Source: Treponema sp. (GTDB lineage: Bacteria > Spirochaetota > Spirochaetia > Treponematales > Treponemataceae). Taken from it: a stretch of 64,000 nt of DNA. A model generated the notes under the pieces. That model ran no database searches and was not told where the DNA came from. It worked only from the letters and a program-made list of their open reading frames with translations. The stretch covers positions 112,687-176,686 of the forward strand of contig JAFSJX010000105.1 of the NCBI GenBank assembly GCA_017449285.1, in the 5' to 3' direction. This document shows positions 43,153 through 51,577 of the stretch, one piece after another (position 1 is the stretch's first letter; each line of letters opens with the position of its first letter). The position numbers were made by a program, and so were the translations under genes.

Positions 43153-43509
43153 CGCAAAAGACAGGGCAAACGCATTTAAATGCGTATGTCCTGCACTGAA
43201 AGGAGGGAAAATTAATTCTTTATCAGCGCGAATAAATCTGCAAATCTTGGCGAATGATTCAAAAAGAGGCGGGAAGCGCGGTTCTGGCGCAAAATTCGCT
43301 TTGAGCGGGCGAGCGAATGCGAGACCAATACCTTATACGCTCAACCGTGAGTTATGCGACAGGTTCGCGCTGGTAGCCTGTTTTTGCATAAGCGAACTAA
43401 TTTGCACACTTTTTGCGTCAATTTGTTTTTGGTGTATAAATGGTTGTAATGCGTTTGCCCTGGCTCAAAAGGGCTTGCCGATTTCCTCTGATTTTAGTAT
43501 CTTTTTTAT

Positions 43510-44187
43510 ATGAGTGAACGGCTGGCACATATTCTTATTGATTCATTCTGGAAGATTCTGATTCCGGGACTGACGATGACCATTCCGCTAACGGTGATTT
43601 CGTTCGCGTGTGCGCTTATCATTGCTATTGTCGTCGCGCTCATTCAATTCGCAAAAATCAAATACCTAAAAGACATCGCACGGTTTTACATTTGGATTAT
43701 GCGCGGAACGCCGCTTCTGGTTCAGTTGTATGTGATTTTTTACGGGCTTCCAAATCTTGGCGTACTGATTAACCCGTTTCCCGCCGCCGTGCTAGTTTTC
43801 GCGCTGAACGAAGGCGCATACACCGCAGAAACAATGCGCTCAGCCCTTGAATCCGTACCGTCGGGTCAGATTGAAGCGGGATTCTGCGTGGGAATGAGTT
43901 ATCTGCAAATCATGCGGCGGATTGTGCTTCCTCAGGCGTTCAAAACGGCTTTTCCTCCGCTTTCCAATTCGCTGATTGCGATGACAAAAGATACGTCTCT
44001 TGCGGCAAACATCACGGTAACGGAAATGTTTATGGCAACCCAGCGGATTGTTGCCCGTACCTACGAGCCGCTAGCACTGTACATCGAAGTCGCATTCATC
44101 TATCTTTTGTTCTCTACCGTGCTGACAAAACTGCAACGCCTTGGCGAAAAACGCATGAACAGACTGTACGAAGAGGCGGGACGGTAA
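43510..44187 (+). CDS. Polar amino-acid ABC transporter permease (His/Glu/Gln/Arg/cystine family)
   Basis: The conserved EAA-loop region and overall sequence are typical of HisM/TcyB-type permeases. Confidence 0.85.
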   Translation: MSERLAHILIDSFWKILIPGLTMTIPLTVISFACALIIAIVVALIQFAKIKYLKDIARFYIWIMRGTPLLVQLYVIFYGLPNLGVLINPFPAAVLVFALNEGAYTAETMRSALESVPSGQIEAGFCVGMSYLQIMRRIVLPQAFKTAFPPLSNSLIAMTKDTSLAANITVTEMFMATQRIVARTYEPLALYIEVAFIYLLFSTVLTKLQRLGEKRMNRLYEEAGR

Positions 44188-44188
44188 T

Positions 44189-44929
44189 ATGGCAATGCTC
44201 GCAGTAAAAGAATTGAAAAAACAACTGGGAAACACGCAGGTACTTGACGGCATCGATTTAAGCATTGAAAAAGGTGACGTTGTTGCCGTACTTGGACCGA
44301 GTGGCGCCGGAAAAACGACCTTGCTTCGCTGCCTGAATTTTTTGGAAAAGGCAGACTCTGGTACGCTTACTTTTGATGAAGAAACATTCAATCTTCACAG
44401 CATACACAAAAAAGACATCATCCGCCTACGAAAGAAAACGGGATTCGTGTTCCAGAATTACAATCTGTTCCGCAACAAAACCGCGCTGCAAAACGTCACC
44501 GAAGGACTGATTGTTGCACGAAAAATGAAAAAATCCGAGGCAGAATCTGTCGCGCTCAGCATGCTGGAAAAAGTGGGGCTGGCAGATAAAAAAGACCGCT
44601 ACCCGCATCAGTTGAGCGGCGGTCAGCAACAGCGCGTTGCCATTGCGCGGTCTCTTGCGACAAATCCTGAAATCATCTACTTTGATGAGCCGACCAGCGC
44701 GCTTGATCCCGAACTAATTGGTGAAGTGCTTTCCGTAATGAAACGCCTTGCTGAAGAAGGAATGACCATGATTGTGGTGACCCATGAACTGTACTTCGCA
44801 CAAAATGTGGCGACCAAAGTGGTTTTTATTGACGGCGGAAAAATTATCGAATCCGCAAGCGCAAAAGACTTTTTCAAGTCGCCCAAAGAGCCACGTACAA
44901 AAGATTTTCTGCGCACGATAACGCATTAG
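44189..44929 (+). CDS. Polar amino-acid ABC transporter ATP-binding protein
   Basis: Motifs GPSGAGKTT, LSGGQQQRVAIARSL and IYFDEPTSALDPE. Confidence 0.9.
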   Translation: MAMLAVKELKKQLGNTQVLDGIDLSIEKGDVVAVLGPSGAGKTTLLRCLNFLEKADSGTLTFDEETFNLHSIHKKDIIRLRKKTGFVFQNYNLFRNKTALQNVTEGLIVARKMKKSEAESVALSMLEKVGLADKKDRYPHQLSGGQQQRVAIARSLATNPEIIYFDEPTSALDPELIGEVLSVMKRLAEEGMTMIVVTHELYFAQNVATKVVFIDGGKIIESASAKDFFKSPKEPRTKDFLRTITH

Positions 44930-44986
44930 AACGAAATAAAACGGTCATTGAGCAAAGTCAAAATGACCAAAAAGGAGTTTATGTAT

Positions 44987-45766
44987 ATGAAAAAATTATT
45001 GTTTGTAGCATTGGCTGCCGTACTCGCACTGAGCGGCTGTAAAAAGAATGCGTCCGGCGACCTGCTTTCGCGCATCAAGGAAAAAGGCGAAATCGTTGTA
45101 GCAACCGAAGGCACCTGGGCACCGTGGACATTCCATGACGAAAGCAACAAACTGGTCGGCTTTGACGTGGAAGTGGCGCAGGCAATCGCGGAAAAACTGG
45201 GCGTAAAGGCGGTTTTCGCAGAAACCGAATGGGACGGCATTTTCGCAGGAATCGACAGTCGCCGCTACGACATCACCTGTAATGGCGTGGAAATCACCGA
45301 TGAGCGCACACAAAAATACGACTTTTCTGCGCCCTACGGCTACATCCATACCGCACTCATCGTCCGAAACGATACCACAGACATCAACGATTTTGCGGAT
45401 TTGAAAGGAAAAACCACGGCAAATTCTTTGGGAAGCACTTACGCAATGCAGGCAGAAAGTTACGGCGCAAAAGTGCAGACGATTGATACGCTGGAAGAGA
45501 CCTTACAACTGGTTGAACACCGCCGCGTGGATGCAACGCTCAACGCCGATGTAAGTTTCTACGACTATATGAAAGTCCACCCCGAAAAGCCGTTCAAAAT
45601 CATCGCGCTCACAAAAGATGCGTCGCAAGTGGCAATTCCTTTGCGAAAAGGCGAGGAAACGGCATCGCTACGGAAAGCAATTGACAAGGCAATCGCCGAC
45701 CTTTCCGCAGACGGCACATTAAGCGCAATTTCCGTAAAATATTTCGGAAGCGACATTACTCGGTAG
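44987..45766 (+). CDS. Polar amino-acid ABC transporter substrate-binding lipoprotein
   Basis: Lipobox LALSGC, SBP_bac_3-type sequence, AAAGGAG upstream. Confidence 0.85.
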   Translation: MKKLLFVALAAVLALSGCKKNASGDLLSRIKEKGEIVVATEGTWAPWTFHDESNKLVGFDVEVAQAIAEKLGVKAVFAETEWDGIFAGIDSRRYDITCNGVEITDERTQKYDFSAPYGYIHTALIVRNDTTDINDFADLKGKTTANSLGSTYAMQAESYGAKVQTIDTLEETLQLVEHRRVDATLNADVSFYDYMKVHPEKPFKIIALTKDASQVAIPLRKGEETASLRKAIDKAIADLSADGTLSAISVKYFGSDITR

Positions 45767-45785
45767 ACATTTCTTCCGCGCACAC

Positions 45786-46328
45786 CTACAGCGTATACAC
45801 CTCAATCTGGTCATCGGCGAGTTCTTCCTGAGTGCAGGTCATATATTTGTAGCCGTCCTGCAAATCCACTTCCTTGAAACGCCAGCCAGAATTGAACGGC
45901 GATTTTTGGTTCATCAGCATGGAAAGCGGCTCGTCGGTTGCCTTTGCGTAACTTTCAAGCCGTGTCCACATATCGGTGTCGCGGTCAAGGGAAATTTGCT
46001 CCACGTCACAGCCAATCGGCTCATCGGAGACAGCGCACATCGCCCGCTCCTGAGAATGAGACAGGCTGAAGTGAAAATCCAAATCATTCTTAAAATATGG
46101 CTTTCCGCTTTCGCTGTAGGCAATTTTCAGTTCATCCTCAGAAAAGCCCGCCGCTTCAATCGCATGAGAAAACACCACGCCCGTGCCTAGACAGAGCCGC
46201 TTTTCCGCATCCGTCTGATAGGCATCGATTTTTTTCCGGCGATATTCCGGCATCTTCCGATACATCTCATCAAAAATCTTTTTGTCTCTCAGCACTTTCG
46301 TGTCAAAAATATACACCATCGTCTTCAT
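45786..46328 (-). CDS. 4'-phosphopantetheinyl transferase (Sfp type)
   Basis: FHFSLSHSQERAMCAVSDEPIGCDVE matches the PPTase core motifs. Confidence 0.75.
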   Translation of the reverse strand: MKTMVYIFDTKVLRDKKIFDEMYRKMPEYRRKKIDAYQTDAEKRLCLGTGVVFSHAIEAAGFSEDELKIAYSESGKPYFKNDLDFHFSLSHSQERAMCAVSDEPIGCDVEQISLDRDTDMWTRLESYAKATDEPLSMLMNQKSPFNSGWRFKEVDLQDGYKYMTCTQEELADDQIEVYTL

Positions 46329-46440
46329 CGGCAGCCTCCTTTATGTGTTCTCTCCTCTAGCATAACCCCTGATTGCAAATTCGGCAAGATTTTTTTTCTA
46401 TGATATATTATACCGTCTACTTACAAAATTCAAAAAAGGC

Positions 46441-46449
46441 TGGTATAAT
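46441..46449 (+). promoter_or_regulatory. Extended -10 (TGGTATAAT), 6 nt upstream of the histidine kinase ATG
   Basis: tggtataat aacgat ATG (46456), with no SD. Confidence 0.5.
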
Positions 46450-46455
46450 AACGAT

Positions 46456-49008
46456 ATGACGGCAATGGATTTTTATTTGTACACACGCTTGCAACAAGGC
46501 TGCCTGGCAATTCTTATTTACATTGCCTACAGTTTTTTTTCTGTCAAACGGCGAAAAACTTACGTACATAAACTCTTTTCCGTCATCATCATCTGCTCCC
46601 TTTTCAACCTGATATTCGACATAATAACGGTCTACATGGTCAATCATCTGGAGTCTGTCCCACTGATAGTCAACCGTCTGTTCCACACGCTCTTTGTAGG
46701 GAGCATTGCGACCGTCATATTCTGCACCTATCTCTATGTCCGCTCGCTCGTGTACACCGATGTAAGACATCCTTTGGGAAGACCGCTTGCCATCATTCCG
46801 TTTGTCCTTGCGCTGGCAAGCATTATTTTTCTTCCCATTGAATACAACGAGAATCCGCACACCAATTATTCAGGCGGTCCTGCGGTCTTTGCGGCATACA
46901 TCTGCATCGCATTTTATTTTGTCAGAAGTTTTATGCTGCTCATCTTGTTCCGACGTATCATCAATCGAAAAAAAATGAAAGGAATCGTCACGGCACTGAT
47001 TTCAATTCTGAGCATCACTTCGTTACAGGCTGTCATTCATGAATCGCTTGTTTCCAGCATGGGAATCGCCCTTTTGAACCTTGCCTTCTTTTTTACTGTG
47101 GAAAATCCTGACGCCACATTGATTGAGGAACTTGAATTCGCCAGAAGAAAAGCGGACGAAGCAAACAAAGCAAAATCCGCATTTCTTGCAAATATGAGCC
47201 ACGAAATCCGAACGCCGCTTAACGCAGTGCTGGGCATGGACGAAATCATCCTGCATGAAAGCAATGAGCCTTCAATCGTCACCTATGCGGAAAATATCCA
47301 GAACGCGGGGCAAACATTGCTCTCTATCATCAACGATATTCTTGACTTTTCCAAAGTTGAGGAAGGAAAGATGGAGATTCTTCCCACGCAGTATGAATTA
47401 AGTACCGTTATCGCCGACATACTGAACATGATTCGTACCCGCGCAGAACGGAAGGGGCTGGAACTTGAGATTGCGGTCAACGAGGACATTCCCTATCTGC
47501 TGTTCGGTGATGATATCCGCATCAAGCAGTGTATTCTGAACATTCTGACCAATTCCGTAAAATACACGGAGCGTGGTTCAGTCAAACTTTCCGTTGATTT
47601 TGAGAAAAAAGATAAGGAACACATTCTTCTGCAAATCCATGTTTCTGACACAGGAATCGGCATTAAAGAAGATGACCTTGCAAAATTGTTCGCACCTTTC
47701 CAGCGCATCGAAGAAAACAGGAACAGGACGATTGAGGGCGCGGGACTGGGCATTACGATTACGCAACAACTTTTGCAGCTTATGGGCTCGGAACTGAAAG
47801 TGCAGAGCATATACGGACGCGGCTCGGACTTTATGTTCACGCTGGAGCAACGGGTAATCCGCTGGGAGCCGCTCGGCGATTTTGTTCATCATTACGCAAA
47901 TCTTCGCGAGCAGCAGAAAAAATATCACGAGAGTTTCCACGCGCCCAAGGCATTAATTTTAGTGGTTGACGACAACGTGGTGAATCTGACGGTCTTTAAT
48001 GGGCTGCTCAAAAAGACAAAAATCAAGATTGACACTGCCACAAGCGGAAAACAGGGGCTTTCTATGCTGGCAGAAAAAAAATATGACATCGTGTTTATGG
48101 ATCATCTGATGCCAGAAATGGACGGCATCGAAACGATGCATAAAGTACAGGAAATTTCTACGCCAAACGCAGACACACCTTTTATCGCGCTGACGGCAAA
48201 CGCAATTTCCGGCGCACGGGAAATGTTTATCAGCGAAGGCTTTGCCGACTATCTTTCAAAACCAGTTAAAGGAAGCGAACTGGAATCTATGATTGTGCGC
48301 CATCTGCCAAAAGAAAAAGTCATCCTCGAAAGCAACCCCGACTTTGTTCCCGACCCACTTGTGTCCTTAAAGCAATCGGAAAAGTCAGACTTTGCGCCGC
48401 AACTTTTGCAGAACATGAACAACATCGGTCAAAAAGCCTTTGGCATTCAGTTTATCGATGCGATTGCCAACTGCGGCGGCTACGAATTTTTCTACGATGT
48501 TATCCGCGATTTCCACCATGAGATTCAGCACAAGGCAAATCTTATCGAGCGATATGCCCGTGAAGAAGACTTCAAGAATTATACGATTCAAGTTCACTCG
48601 CTCAAAAGTTCGGCAAGAATCATCGGCGCAATGCAACTGCACGAGGCGGCAAAATATCTGGAATCCTGCGGAAATGCGGAAAACAAGGATGAGATTGTCA
48701 AAAAGACACCCGATTTGCTCAGACAGTACCGCTCCTATGCCCAGCTTCTGATTCCATTGCTGACCATACAGGGCGCGGGGAATGAAAAAAAATCAATCAG
48801 CGAAGAGGAATTGAAAAATGCCTTTGACAGCATACGCGAACTTGTTCAGGCAAAAGATTTTTCCGGAGCGCAGAATGTTATCGAAATGCTGGAAGAATAC
48901 GACATCTCCGCGGACGAAAAAAACACCTTCCAACTGATAAAAGAAAAATTGCAGACAAAAGATGCGAAAGGAGTCATTACGCTGTTGAACTATCACCCCT
49001 TCTGGTAA
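46456..49008 (+). CDS. Hybrid sensor histidine kinase (multi-TM sensor, HisKA, HATPase, REC, Hpt)
   Basis: H-box ANMSHEIRTPLN, G-boxes GIGI/GAGLGI, REC (LVVDDN, FMDHLMPEMDG), and a C-terminal Hpt (VHSLKSSARIIGA). Confidence 0.85.
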   Translation: MTAMDFYLYTRLQQGCLAILIYIAYSFFSVKRRKTYVHKLFSVIIICSLFNLIFDIITVYMVNHLESVPLIVNRLFHTLFVGSIATVIFCTYLYVRSLVYTDVRHPLGRPLAIIPFVLALASIIFLPIEYNENPHTNYSGGPAVFAAYICIAFYFVRSFMLLILFRRIINRKKMKGIVTALISILSITSLQAVIHESLVSSMGIALLNLAFFFTVENPDATLIEELEFARRKADEANKAKSAFLANMSHEIRTPLNAVLGMDEIILHESNEPSIVTYAENIQNAGQTLLSIINDILDFSKVEEGKMEILPTQYELSTVIADILNMIRTRAERKGLELEIAVNEDIPYLLFGDDIRIKQCILNILTNSVKYTERGSVKLSVDFEKKDKEHILLQIHVSDTGIGIKEDDLAKLFAPFQRIEENRNRTIEGAGLGITITQQLLQLMGSELKVQSIYGRGSDFMFTLEQRVIRWEPLGDFVHHYANLREQQKKYHESFHAPKALILVVDDNVVNLTVFNGLLKKTKIKIDTATSGKQGLSMLAEKKYDIVFMDHLMPEMDGIETMHKVQEISTPNADTPFIALTANAISGAREMFISEGFADYLSKPVKGSELESMIVRHLPKEKVILESNPDFVPDPLVSLKQSEKSDFAPQLLQNMNNIGQKAFGIQFIDAIANCGGYEFFYDVIRDFHHEIQHKANLIERYAREEDFKNYTIQVHSLKSSARIIGAMQLHEAAKYLESCGNAENKDEIVKKTPDLLRQYRSYAQLLIPLLTIQGAGNEKKSISEEELKNAFDSIRELVQAKDFSGAQNVIEMLEEYDISADEKNTFQLIKEKLQTKDAKGVITLLNYHPFW

Positions 49009-49022
49009 TTTTCGCTCTCAGG

Positions 49023-49871
49023 CTAGGAAAACGCCCGAACAAACTCCTGATAATTGGCAGTCTCCAGATACGGTGGGCAGAACACCGCGAATTCAATCTG
49101 TCTGAATGCCTTCTCGTATTTTTTCGCCAGTTTTGCCATCACTTTTGCGACCACCTGCGGATTGTTTCTGAATGCGCCGCACCCAAATGCGCCCAAAATC
49201 AGCACATCAACCTTGTGCTGCACGGCAACGTCAAAAATCCGCAAATCACGTTTCTCATGCAGGGAAGCAAGTTCATCATCGCTAAGGGAAAGTCTCTCTT
49301 CTCCGTCGCCGGGATTGTACCGATTGCTTGGACGCTCGTGCAGATTCGGCGCGGCACAGGTAATCACGTCAACCGTGTACCAGTCGCTTTCGTCCATTCT
49401 ACGAGGGCTGTCCGTATCCGTTTTGACCACAGTGATGCCCGGCGAATACAGAATATCATCGTTGTGCAACGGATTGTGATTTATGCGATGCGGATTGTAA
49501 AATCGATTCCAATTTTCATCGGTATTCAGCGTAAAATACAAAGTCGAGCAGCGGCACAAACTTTCTTCCTGTGCGCGCGAGCCATGCACCACTCCCCCGC
49601 CGGGATTTGTTGAAGACGCGAAATTCAGCACAGCAATTTTGTCGCCGCACGCCGTGTATGTCTTCGCCGCCTCAAAGGTACGTTTTTTTGAGACAAGAAT
49701 TTTTGCGGGCGTGTCAAAGCGTTTTTTTTCACTGCCGTCGGGAAGAAAATCTTTTTCTGCGATAAACTGCTGCTTCTCAATGCTCGCGCGAATCTGCTCC
49801 TGCAAGCGCGGATTCTTTTGGCAAAGGTCAACGGTATCTTCAAAAATAGCGATATTGTCAAAATGCGACAT
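49023..49871 (-). CDS. TIGR02452-family protein (macro/PARG-like fold, function unknown)
   Basis: LNFASSTNPGGGVVHGSRAQEESLCR and LGAFGCGAF blocks, as I recall for this family. Confidence 0.6.
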   Translation of the reverse strand: MSHFDNIAIFEDTVDLCQKNPRLQEQIRASIEKQQFIAEKDFLPDGSEKKRFDTPAKILVSKKRTFEAAKTYTACGDKIAVLNFASSTNPGGGVVHGSRAQEESLCRCSTLYFTLNTDENWNRFYNPHRINHNPLHNDDILYSPGITVVKTDTDSPRRMDESDWYTVDVITCAAPNLHERPSNRYNPGDGEERLSLSDDELASLHEKRDLRIFDVAVQHKVDVLILGAFGCGAFRNNPQVVAKVMAKLAKKYEKAFRQIEFAVFCPPYLETANYQEFVRAFS

Positions 49872-49956
49872 AGCGGTTTCCTTTTTTTCTTCTTCCTATA
49901 CTATAAGGTGAAAACCGCAAATCGTCAAACGTAAAAAAAAGTGATTCCACCGCAAC

Positions 49957-49985
49957 TTGCATATCGCCCTAAAACTCATTACAAT
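49957..49985 (+). promoter_or_regulatory. asnS promoter, predicted leaderless
   Basis: TTGCAT, 17 nt, TACAAT, 8 nt, ATG (49994). The track ATG at 49988 is only 2 nt after the -10 box. Confidence 0.5.
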
Positions 49986-49993
49986 GTATGATT

Positions 49994-51445
49994 ATGAAAA
50001 CAGAACTTATCAAAGATATTTTGACTTCACAGCCAGATGGACGGACGGTAACTGTCTGCGGCTGGGTGCGCACGATGCGCGATTCTAAAAATCTTGTTTT
50101 TATTCAGGTGAACGATGGCTCCTGCTTTGCGTCCATACAATTGACTTTTGACCGCACTAATCCTGCGGCAAAAGCAGACGCAAAAGTTATAGACGCAACT
50201 CTTGCCGATGTGACGACTGGTGCGAGCATTTGCGCAACGGGCAAACTGATTGCATCTCCCGCAAGCGGTCAGTCTGTTGAGGTGACCTTGGAAACGCTGG
50301 TCGTCCTAGGAAAATGCCCCACGGATTCCTATCCGCTCCAGAAAAAAGCCACCTCTATGGAATTTCTGCGTGAGAACGCGCATCTTCGCCCACGGACGAA
50401 CACCTTTGGCGCAGTTTTCAGAATGAGAAGCCAGATGGCGTATGCGCTGCACACGTTCTTTCAGGAGCGCGGATTCTTCTATATCAATACGCCCGAAATC
50501 ACTTGTTCCGATGCTGAAGGCGCGGGAGAAATGTTTCAGGTCACTACGCTCAGCATGGAGAAAATTGCCGAAATGGGTGTAAAAGCTGGTAACGGCGGAA
50601 TGAAAGTTGAGGACGCGGCAAAAGTAGTGAATTACAGCAAGGACTTTTTCGGCAAGAAAGCAAGCCTTACGGTGTCAGGTCAGTTGGAGGCGGAAACGCT
50701 GGCAACCGCACTTGGCAGGGTCTACACATTCGGACCAACCTTCCGCGCAGAAAATTCAAACACCACGCGCCACTTGTCCGAATTCTGGATGTGCGAGCCA
50801 GAGATGGCGTTTTTCGATTTGGAAGATGACATGAATATTCAGGAAGAATTCATAAAATATCTTCTGAACTGGGCTTTGACAAAATGCCCCGCGGATATGG
50901 AATTCTTCAACAAGCGTATTCAGCCAGGAGTGATTGACACGCTCCGCCATGTGGTTGAAACGCCCTTTAAGCGCGTCAGCTACACCGAAGCGATTGCCGA
51001 ACTGGAAAAACATGCGGACGATTTTGAATACAAGCCCTACTGGGGTTGCGATTTGCAGACTGAGCATGAACGCTATCTGACCGAAAAAATCTTCAAATGC
51101 CCGGTGATGGTCTACAACTACCCCAAGGAAATCAAGGCGTTCTACATGAAACTGAACGATGACGGAAAGACCGTTAAAGCAGTGGACGTACTTGTTCCAG
51201 GGCTGGGAGAAATCATCGGCGGAAGCGAGCGCGAAAATGACTACGACAAATTGCTCGGCAGAATCAAGGAGTTGGGCTTAAAGCCAGAAGATTACGACTG
51301 GTATCTGGATTTGCGAAAATTCGGAAGCGTTCCTCACGCGGGATTCGGACTGGGATTTGAGCGGCTTTTGCTGTACGTTACCGGCATGGCAAATATCCGC
51401 GACGTCATTCCGTTCCCCAGGGCACCGAAACTTGCCGATTTCTAA
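49994..51445 (+). CDS. asnS: Asparagine--tRNA ligase
   Basis: Class IIb synthetase with AsnRS-type motifs (FRAENSNTTRHLSEFWM, GLGFERLLLYVTG). Confidence 0.9.
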   Translation: MKTELIKDILTSQPDGRTVTVCGWVRTMRDSKNLVFIQVNDGSCFASIQLTFDRTNPAAKADAKVIDATLADVTTGASICATGKLIASPASGQSVEVTLETLVVLGKCPTDSYPLQKKATSMEFLRENAHLRPRTNTFGAVFRMRSQMAYALHTFFQERGFFYINTPEITCSDAEGAGEMFQVTTLSMEKIAEMGVKAGNGGMKVEDAAKVVNYSKDFFGKKASLTVSGQLEAETLATALGRVYTFGPTFRAENSNTTRHLSEFWMCEPEMAFFDLEDDMNIQEEFIKYLLNWALTKCPADMEFFNKRIQPGVIDTLRHVVETPFKRVSYTEAIAELEKHADDFEYKPYWGCDLQTEHERYLTEKIFKCPVMVYNYPKEIKAFYMKLNDDGKTVKAVDVLVPGLGEIIGGSERENDYDKLLGRIKELGLKPEDYDWYLDLRKFGSVPHAGFGLGFERLLLYVTGMANIRDVIPFPRAPKLADF

Positions 51446-51480
51446 TCGGCAAGTTTCAACAAGTTTGTAGGACAAACTTG
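51431..51480. terminator. Two hairpins between the convergent asnS and alpha-2-macroglobulin genes
   Basis: cttgccgat ttcta atcggcaag, and caagtttgt agg acaaacttg. Confidence 0.6.
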
Positions 51481-51577
51481 CAAGTTAGCGGATTTTTAAT
51501 CGCAAGGAGGGGAAAATTTTCCCCGCGACTTTTGCGTAGCAAAATGTCGGTAAGCATATTTATGTGCGACCAATACC

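Noticed and set aside
43190-43509. A known riboswitch (SAM, lysine, T-box or glycine) upstream of the amino-acid ABC transporter.
   Set aside because: I could not find the conserved core motifs of these classes by eye. A covariance-model scan (Rfam/Infernal) would be needed to decide.
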